Shown here in pieces: positions 8,710-14,160 of a stretch of DNA of 24,000 bases. The notes below the pieces were generated by a model that saw nothing but the letters and a program-made list of their open reading frames with translations, ran no database searches and was not told where the DNA came from. The translations under genes were made by a program, and so were the position numbers. The DNA lies in the NCBI RefSeq assembly GCF_035593265.1, contig NZ_CP141614.1, positions 2,961,641 through 2,985,640 on the forward strand, read 5' to 3'. Source of the DNA: Geochorda subterranea (GTDB lineage: Bacteria > Bacillota > Limnochordia > Limnochordales > Geochordaceae). Each line of letters begins with the position of its first letter. Positions within the stretch are counted from its first letter, which is position 1.

Positions 8710-8862
8710 ATCGTCGTGGGGACGTCCGGGTCGGGCAAGACGGACACGGCCCGGCACCCCGCACGTGCACTCGGCTACGCCCCCATCGTGCTCGCTGCGC
8801 TGTACTGGGGCCCGACTGGATGCCGGCGCCCGACGCGGTGTTTCGGCCTCGGGTTCCACGAA
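8700..8862 (+). pseudogene. fragment of a paralog of the P-loop kinase-like gene at 17747-18385
   Basis: It reads VVGTSGSGKTDTARHPARALGY...ALYWGP, then a 1-nt shift, then DWMPAPDAVFRPRV. The intact gene reads VVGTSGSGKTTTARRLARALGY...ALHWGPDWTPAPDAVFRHRV. There is no start codon region and homology stops after about 55 codons. Confidence 0.75.
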
Positions 8863-9179
8863 AATGCCCGGCAACCGCCCGCCCGGAGCGTCCGCGCGCC
8901 GTGCGGCTGCGATACTCGTGAGGACCCGCGTCAAGGGAGGCGTGCGCCTCGAGCCTGGCAGCCCGGGCTGAACGTAGAAGGGAAGGCCCGGTGGGCAGGG
9001 CCCCCGCCGGGCGTTGGTTGGCCGGTTGGCCCCGGACGGCCCCGCCTCACCTCCTCACCCCATACTTCAGCACCACCAGGCCTTTGTCTTAGCGCCGCAT
9101 GCCCTGCAGCTACAGGAGGATGCCCCGTCGCACCCCACCGTCCCCCGGAGACGGGCCCGCCGGCCCATCCGGCAGCCAC

Positions 9180-9672
9180 TCAGCCCAAGAGCCTCGGCTT
9201 GCCAAGGAGCGCCCGCAGCGTCATGATCTTGCCCGCGTGGTGCCCGCGATGGAACAGTAAGGAACATCAGCCGGTACGCGAGCGGGTTCGTCCGGCCGGA
9301 TGGTGTCGTGACGGAGCGGGCCAGGTCGGCACCGCTCAGCCGGACCAGGTCGTCGTTGGCCTCCCGCAGGAGCGCCACCACCGCCTCCTGGGAGGGCAGC
9401 GGCCCCTCGCCCGAGGCGCCCATCGCGAACAGCGCCTCCCAGCCTTCGGGGATGTCGAGGGGGTGGCCGACCTGGAGGGCCAGTTGAGCGTCACAGACAG
9501 CCACGTGCCCGATCTGCCAGAGCACCGAGGCCAGCCCGTGCGGACGGGCCGCTAGCTCCTCCTCGCCCAGGTCCTGGATCAATGCCAGCAGGCCGTCTAC
9601 GCTCGTCTGCAGCATCCGGCGCAGGGCCTCACCCGCTCCATCATGGTGTCCCGAGACCGCAGACGTCGGCAT
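9180..9672 (-). pseudogene. DinB-family (DinB_2-like) protein, copy A, 1-nt insertion near the 3' end
   Basis: The start is MPTSAVSGHHDGAGEALRRMLQTSVDGLLALIQDL...HGLASVLWQIGHVAV..., homologous along its length to the intact copy at 11683-12174. At about 9255-9262 one extra base relative to copy B moves the conserved tail FHRGHHAGKIMTLRALLGKPRLLG* out of frame. Confidence 0.7.
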
Positions 9673-9727
9673 CGCAGCCCCTGTTCCTCCCTTCCGAGGC
9701 ACGCCGCAGGGCGTTTGGGCCCTGGTT

Positions 9728-9800
9728 GCATGCCTCGTTCATCCGGTGCGGAGGGCCCAGGCGTTCGATCCGGAGCCCCGGCTTCCCTGCACGGCCGGCC
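9728..9800 (-). promoter_or_regulatory. conserved leader element, copy A (homolog of 12558-12631)
   Basis: About three quarters of positions are identical by eye to the leader upstream of the small ORF at 12264-12555. A strong nested hairpin follows (GAGGCAUGC...GCGUGCCUC) just before the DinB-A ribosome-binding site. Confidence 0.4.
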
Positions 9801-10213
9801 GCGGGTCGGCGCGGGCGTTACCCATCAGAGGAGTCGCCCCCTCGCATCATTCCCCGGAAATAGTGGCGCCGGGGCACGCGCCCTCCCACTGCTCGGCGCC
9901 TGCGTGTCGCGGTCGGCGGATAATCGGCTCTCCCGCAAGTGTGGTGAACCAGAGCGGCCTCAGGTGCAGCGAGAGGGACGCACTCGCTCCTGCCTGACCA
10001 CGCCGACCCAGGCGGCCAGAGTTTCGGCGCTCCGCAGGCACACCATCTGGGCGAACTCCCCAGCGAGGAGCCAGATCCGGCAAAGGGGGCGTCGGCTTCG
10101 GCCAGTGACGTCAGGTAGGCCGGGGCCTGCCAGAACCATCGCACCGGCTGCCGGCCGGTCGCCGGGCGCGTGGCGGGCGGAGCCTCCTTCGAATGGGCCA
10201 GGGCCGCAAGGCG

Positions 10214-10243
10214 TTGACTCTTAGGCCCGGCTGGACTTATTCT
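10214..10243 (+). promoter_or_regulatory. candidate sigma-70 type promoter (TTGACT - 18 nt - TATTCT)
   Basis: A near-consensus -35 box at 10214-10219 and a -10-like TATTCT at 10238-10243, facing rsgA. It is the only good promoter-like match I found in the 740 bp upstream of rsgA. Confidence 0.45.
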
Positions 10244-10249
10244 GAAAGC

Positions 10250-10553
10250 ACTCGCCGCAACCGACTCATGGCCCTGCACCGTGCGGTGTGGGGCAGGTAC
10301 GAAGGGGGTGGTGCATCGTGGGAATGGCTACAGGCCATCTCGTGGCAGCGGGTGTCGCTGCGGCGCGCCCGATGGTGCACCACCCGGTTGGCCGGCAGAG
10401 CTGAGTCTTCCGCCGGGGCCGCGAAGGGCCCGGCACGGTCCTCTCCTCCTCATCCCTCTCCCGGTCTGGACGGGGGTTGCACCACGCGGGCCCGGCGTCT
10501 CACGAAGCTGGTGAGTCTTTCCAGCCTACACCGGGAAGGGAGCCTTCTTCGCC
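10250..10553 (+). promoter_or_regulatory. long structured 5' leader of rsgA (candidate cis-regulatory RNA, class unknown)
   Basis: A perfect 10-bp long-range stem (10306-10315 GGGTGGTGCA with 10376-10385 TGCACCACCC) encloses two hairpins: ATGGC-tacag-GCCAT at 10323-10337 and GCAGCG-ggtgt-CGCTGC at 10346-10362. There is an extra hairpin at 10272-10297. A CU-rich tract CCTCTCCTCCTCATCCCTCTCCC (about 10441-10463) is complementary to the GGGAAGGGAG ribosome-binding site at 10532-10541. Confidence 0.4.
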
Positions 10554-11507
10554 TTGACTCAGCGCATCCGTGGCCAGGTCGTACGCGTCGAGGGGCCGGC
10601 GTTTCGGGTCCGGGGCACTGACGGCACCGAGCGGCACGGCGTGGTGCGGGGCCGCCTCAAGAAGGGCAAGCGGACGGCCACCGCGCCGGTCTGCATCGGG
10701 GACGAGGTGGAGGTCACCCCACTGTCCGAAGGCCAGGCGGTCATCGAACGGGTGCTGCCGCGCCGCACCTGCCTCGTGCGGCGAACACCGCTGGGAGGCC
10801 GCCGCACCCACGGCAAGGCGCCGCCTATCCAGGTCCTGACCGCCAACGTCGACGTCGCCGTGATCGTCGTGCCAGCACCGGCCGTCCGGAGGACGGTCAT
10901 CGACCGGGTCCTGCAGGTGGCTAGCTCAGGAGGGGTGCAGCCGGTGCTGTGCGTCAACAAGATGGACCTCGTGCCGGAGCCGGCCGCCCGGCAGCATGTG
11001 GCCGACATCGTCACGCCCTACGTCCGCTCCGGCATCCCCGTCGTCCTGACGAGTGCCGCCACCGGGCAGGGCGTCGACGAGCTCGCCGCGCTCCTGCGAG
11101 GGAATCTCGTCGCCTTCATCGGGCCCTCGGGCGCCGGCAAGACGTCGCTGCTCAACGCGCTGTGCCCGGGCCTCGACCTGCGCACCCGGGAGGTGGATGC
11201 CCGGGGCCGCGGGCGGCACACGACGAGCACCTCCGCCATCTACGACATCGGCGGGGCGCTGGTGGTGGACACGCCCGGGCTGCGGGAGGTCGCCTTCGCC
11301 CTCGACGAGGAGGACGCCGGGGATCCTCTCCTCCTCTTCGAGGGCATCGCCGGCCTCGCCGCCCGCTGCCGGTTCCGGGACTGCTCGCACGTGCACGAGC
11401 CGGGCTGCGCGGTCAAGGCCGCCGTGGCCTGCGGCGAACTGGACGAGGCTCGGTACCGCGAGTACCTGCGGTTGCGCCGGGCTCTCGAGCGGAGCCTGTC
11501 GGACTAG
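10554..11507 (+). CDS. rsgA: ribosome small-subunit-dependent GTPase A
   Basis: 317-aa ORF with an N-terminal OB-like region (GQVVRVEGPAFRV...), a circularly permuted GTPase (VNKMDLV ... GPSGAGKTSLLNAL ... DTPG) and a C-terminal zinc knuckle (CRFRDCSHVHEPGCAV). The start is TTG. Confidence 0.9.
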   Translation: MTQRIRGQVVRVEGPAFRVRGTDGTERHGVVRGRLKKGKRTATAPVCIGDEVEVTPLSEGQAVIERVLPRRTCLVRRTPLGGRRTHGKAPPIQVLTANVDVAVIVVPAPAVRRTVIDRVLQVASSGGVQPVLCVNKMDLVPEPAARQHVADIVTPYVRSGIPVVLTSAATGQGVDELAALLRGNLVAFIGPSGAGKTSLLNALCPGLDLRTREVDARGRGRHTTSTSAIYDIGGALVVDTPGLREVAFALDEEDAGDPLLLFEGIAGLAARCRFRDCSHVHEPGCAVKAAVACGELDEARYREYLRLRRALERSLSD

Positions 11508-11682
11508 ACGGCGGCCTTCCGCTCGCCCGATGGACGGGGCTCAGCAGACCGCGCAGCCGCCGTACTCGTGGGGCCCGCGTCAAGGGGTGCGTGAGCCTTC
11601 ATGTCCTGCAGCTGCAGGGGGATGCCCCGTCGCACCCCGCCATCCCCCGGAGACGGACCCCACCCACCCGGCCGGCAACCAC

Positions 11683-12174
11683 TCAGCCCAGCAGCCTCGG
11701 CTTGCCCAGAAGCGCCCGAAGGGTCATGATCTTGCCCGCGTGGTACCCGCGATGGAAGAGGCGGAAGGCCAGCTCGTACCCGAGCGGCTCCGTCCCGCCA
11801 GGGGATCTCTCGATGGGGCGGGCCAGGTCGGCCCGGCTCAGTCGGACGAGCCCGTCGTTGGCCTCGCGCAGGAGCCCCACCACCGCCTCCCGGGCGGGCA
11901 GATGGCCCTCGCCCGAGGCGCCCATCGCGAAGAGTGCCTCCCAGCCCTCGGGGACGTCGAGGGGCTGGCCGGCCTGACGGGCCAGTCGGGCGTCGATGAC
12001 AGCCACGTGCCCGATCTGCCAGAGCACCGGAGCCAGTCCGTGCGGACGAGCCCTAAGTTCCTCCTCGTTCATGTCTTCGATCAACGCCGACAGGCCATCT
12101 GCGCTCGTCTGCAACATCCGGCACAAGGCCTCGCCTGCCGCGTCATGGGATCCCGTGGCCGCAGATACCGACAT
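11683..12174 (-). CDS. DinB-family (DinB_2-like) protein, copy B, intact
   Basis: I chose the ATG at 12174 (MSVSAATGSHDAAGEALCRMLQTS...), preceded by AAGGGGGAA. Features include HGLAPVLWQIGHVAV and a C-terminal FHRGYHAGKIMTLRALLGKPRLLG*, consistent with the DinB four-helix His-rich pattern. Confidence 0.8.
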   Translation of the reverse strand: MSVSAATGSHDAAGEALCRMLQTSADGLSALIEDMNEEELRARPHGLAPVLWQIGHVAVIDARLARQAGQPLDVPEGWEALFAMGASGEGHLPAREAVVGLLREANDGLVRLSRADLARPIERSPGGTEPLGYELAFRLFHRGYHAGKIMTLRALLGKPRLLG

Positions 12175-12263
12175 CGGAGCCCGCGTTCCCCCTTCTGAGG
12201 CCAGGTGCAGGGCGCCATGGGCACCCAATGGGTTTACCGTTCGGCGGCGCGTCCCTTTCCTCG

Positions 12264-12555
12264 TCAGCGCCCTGCCCGATAGCGCCAGCCCTTTGTCGTG
12301 CTCACCAGCCCTTTGCCGTGCTGGGGCACCTCCTCGAGCTGCAACGCGATGCGCCGGCCCACCTCGCCAAAGAGCGGCACCCCTCCGCCGAGATCACGGG
12401 CACCGCTCCCACGATGAGCTCGTCCGAGCCCCAGACCATGCCCGGCTGGGTGAAGCTCCACCCCCAACCGTGCTCGAGCAGGGCCTCGTAGGAATGCTTG
12501 TCGCAGACGATGGGCCCCACGTCGGCGATGAACTCGCAGAACCTGCGAACCGCGA
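12264..12555 (-). pseudogene. small uncharacterised ORF upstream of DinB copy B, apparently frameshifted at a GGGG run; start unclear
   Basis: The protein-like stretch FCEFIADVGPIVCDKHSYEALLEHGWGWSFTQPGMVWGSDELIVGAVPVISAEG continues plausibly only in another frame (VPLFGEVGRRIALQLEEVPQHGKGLV...). A GGAGG lies upstream, but the in-frame codon after it is ATC. The next in-frame GTG is at 12519. Confidence 0.3.
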
Positions 12556-12557
12556 TG

Positions 12558-12631
12558 GCGTGCCTCCTTCGTCTGGTGCGGAGGCCCCAGGCATTCGAGT
12601 GAGGGCCCGGCTTCCATGCACGTGTCCGGCA
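12558..12631 (-). promoter_or_regulatory. conserved leader element, copy C, with an SD-sequestering hairpin
   Basis: On the minus strand GCCUCC-GCACCAGACGAA-GGAGGC pairs the only GGAGG ribosome-binding site with an upstream complement. The element is homologous to 9728-9800. Confidence 0.4.
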
Positions 12632-12679
12632 TGTTAGCATGGGCCCGCGAGGTCGTCCGGCCCCGGGAGGGGTGACGCC

Positions 12680-13114
12680 ATGGCGGGCCTCGACGTGGAC
12701 GAGTTCCGGCGCTGGTACGGCCAGGGGGAGCATACCCTGGCGTCGGCTCAACGCGACGCGGACGCCGCCGACTTCGGGTGGGCCTGCTTCAAGGCTCAGC
12801 AGGCAGCCGAGTACATGGTCAAGGCCCTTCTCCGGGCCGTGGGAGACCCGGCTCTGGGGCATTCCCTCGTCCGGTTGCTCGAGACCCTGGAGCAACGGGC
12901 GGGCGTCACCGTCGCGGATCCGCTGCGGCGACTGGCTCGCACACTCGACAGGCACTACATCCCGGCCCGCTACCCCGATGCGTACCCGAGCGGGATGCCG
13001 TTCGAGTTCTACGACGCGCCGACCGCTGCCGAGGCCATCCAGGCAGCCAGGCGGCTGGCGGGGTTCGTGCGTGAGCAAGCCCGGGCCATGGGCATCGAGG
13101 GGATCGAGCCTTGA
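12680..13114 (+). CDS. HEPN domain protein (putative toxin of a HEPN/MNT pair)
   Basis: 144-aa ORF with GGGAGGGG 7 nt upstream of the ATG. It has an all-helical pattern with FKAQQAAEYMVKALL and the HEPN-type RTLDRHYIPARYPD segment (R-x4-H). Confidence 0.8.
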   Translation: MAGLDVDEFRRWYGQGEHTLASAQRDADAADFGWACFKAQQAAEYMVKALLRAVGDPALGHSLVRLLETLEQRAGVTVADPLRRLARTLDRHYIPARYPDAYPSGMPFEFYDAPTAAEAIQAARRLAGFVREQARAMGIEGIEP

Positions 13115-13533
13115 CCCCGTCCGGGCCGAAGCACCCCGCGTTGCGGCACCGAGAAGAGGCACGACGGCAGCTCCTCGAGGCCGCGCGGCGGTACGCCAGG
13201 CGACTGTCTGACCGGGTACCCGTCCAGTGGGTCGTGGTGGCCGGGTCGGTGGCACGGGGCGACTTCCACGACGGCTCCGACATCGACGTCCTGGTGGTGA
13301 GCGACGCGCTGCCGCCACACCCGCTGCGCCGTGCTGAGCTCCTGTTCGAGGTCGCGGAGGGCAGTGTCGAGCCCAAGGGTCTCACGCTCGACGAGCTCCA
13401 GCGTGAGCTGGCACGGGGCAACCCGCTGGTCGTCGAGGCGTTGAGCCGGGGGGTGGTGGTCCATCCCGAGGGCGCCACGCTGGTGGGCCTGCGGCACCGT
13501 CTGAGCCAGCGCCCTCGGGCGCAGTCGTCTTGA
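13111..13533 (+). CDS. minimal nucleotidyltransferase (MNT / NTP_transf_2-like, putative antitoxin)
   Basis: 140-aa ORF with a TTG start overlapping the HEPN stop by 4 nt and GAGGGGA upstream. It carries the pol-beta NTase motif VVVAGSVARGDFHDGSDIDVLVVS. Confidence 0.8.
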   Translation: MTPSGPKHPALRHREEARRQLLEAARRYARRLSDRVPVQWVVVAGSVARGDFHDGSDIDVLVVSDALPPHPLRRAELLFEVAEGSVEPKGLTLDELQRELARGNPLVVEALSRGVVVHPEGATLVGLRHRLSQRPRAQSS

Positions 13534-13660
13534 GCGTGCGGCCGCCGCCTGCGACCTTCGCTCCGCCGCCGCTTCGCGCGTCGCCTGCCAGGCGAAGCGC
13601 TCCAACTCCGTGAAGGACTGCACGACCCTCCCTAATCATGACATCCGTCTCCATCGACGA

Positions 13661-13700
13661 CGCCGCCGCTCCTTGGGCGGCGGTGCGGGGCGGGGTTCTT
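13661..13700 (+). terminator. possible stem-loop terminator downstream of the HEPN/MNT pair
   Basis: CGCCGCCGC-tccttgg-GCGGCGGTG forms a stem of about 9 bp. A TTCTTT tract follows, but only about 10 nt after the stem, so this is weak as an intrinsic terminator. Confidence 0.3.
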
Positions 13701-13832
13701 TCGTCATCCCCTTCCAGACTCCTCCAGGCTCTCGCCCGGAGAAGCCCGGCCCCCTACCGGGACAGGTCAACTCCCAGGCTAAACGTTACGCGTACGGTCT
13801 TGCGCGGGAGGTGGCGGCCGGAGCATAAGCAG

Positions 13833-13862
13833 TTGACCGGGCCATACCAGATGTAGTAGGAT
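13833..13862 (+). promoter_or_regulatory. candidate nrdAB promoter (TTGACC - 18 nt - TAGGAT)
   Basis: The -35 box is at 13833-13838 and the -10-like TAGGAT is at 13857-13862, about 30-40 nt upstream of the riboswitch. Confidence 0.5.
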
Positions 13863-13890
13863 GTTGCGCACAGACAACTACATCTAGTGG
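13844..13890. promoter_or_regulatory. two NrdR-box-like 16-mers, 31 bp centre to centre
   Basis: Box 1 is 13844-13859 ATACCAGATGTAGTAG. Box 2 is 13875-13890 CAACTACATCTAGTGG (reverse complement CCACTAGATGTAGTTG). Both fit the remembered NrdR consensus acaCwAnAtnTwGtgt at most constrained positions. Box 1 overlaps the -10 element. Confidence 0.55.
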
Positions 13891-13914
13891 CCGCACGGCG
13901 CCTGCCCGACAGGG

Positions 13915-14160
13915 CAGGGCCCCCGTGGCTGGGGGAAGTCCGGTGCGAATCCGGCGCTGTCCCGCAACGGTGACCGGCCGGGTCTCTCGTGAGCGCCCGA
14001 GCCGGAAGCCCGAGTACCCACGTCGTGCGTGCGCATCCGCCCCCGAGGAGGGGTGAGGGCGCCTCACCGGCACGGCCACCGCGTCGCCGCGTCGCCCGCG
14101 GGCCTGCCTCTCCTCGCGGCGGAAGCCCACCATCCCGACGGACGAGGAGGCGACCAGGTC
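13915..14160 (+). promoter_or_regulatory. cobalamin (B12) riboswitch with a translational expression platform
   Basis: The core GGGAAGTCCGGTGCGAATCCGGCGCTGTCCCGCAACGGTGA (13933-13973) matches the conserved cobalamin aptamer core. A B12-box-like GAGCCGGAAGCCCGAG lies at about 13998-14016. P1 is CGTGG (13924-13928) with CCACG (14018-14022). Downstream, CTCCTCG (14110-14116) can pair with CGAGGAG (14143-14149), which covers the nrdA ribosome-binding site. Confidence 0.8.

Noticed and set aside
8386-8934. 182-aa minus-strand ORF spanning the chimeric region
   Set aside because: It reads through the nrdA-leader copy and antisense to the kinase fragment. Only about 12 codons are homologous to anything, so it is an accidental ORF.
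9801-10213. About 400 bp with several 70-190 aa ORFs on both strands
   Set aside because: None of the six frames gives a protein-like sequence or a recognisable motif, and I saw no repeats or known RNA motifs. It is probably degraded or non-coding DNA, and I cannot say more without a search.
10301-10390. The three-way-junction fold as a tRNA, SRP RNA, RNase P RNA or tmRNA
   Set aside because: There is no T-loop GTTCGAATC-type motif, no SRP GGAA/AGCA domain IV motif, no GAGGAAAGTCC of RNase P and no tmRNA 5' end. I kept it only as an unclassified leader.
12558-12631. Assignment of the shared leader to guanidine-III or ZTP riboswitch classes
   Set aside because: It has a superficial CCGGAC...CCGG and GCCUGGG resemblance only. 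The required pseudoknot pairings do not form consistently in both copies.
13534-13623. Short minus-strand ORF start (MQSFTELERFAWQATREAAAERR...) downstream of the MNT gene
   Set aside because: After about 30 codons it runs antisense into the MNT coding sequence. There is no RBS and no recognisable family.
14029-14160. N-terminal extension of the nrdA ORF (MRIRPRGGVRAPHRHGHRVAASPAG...)
   Set aside because: This stretch is the riboswitch expression platform. The ATG at 14161 has a proper GAGGAGG site, and the extension is low-complexity.
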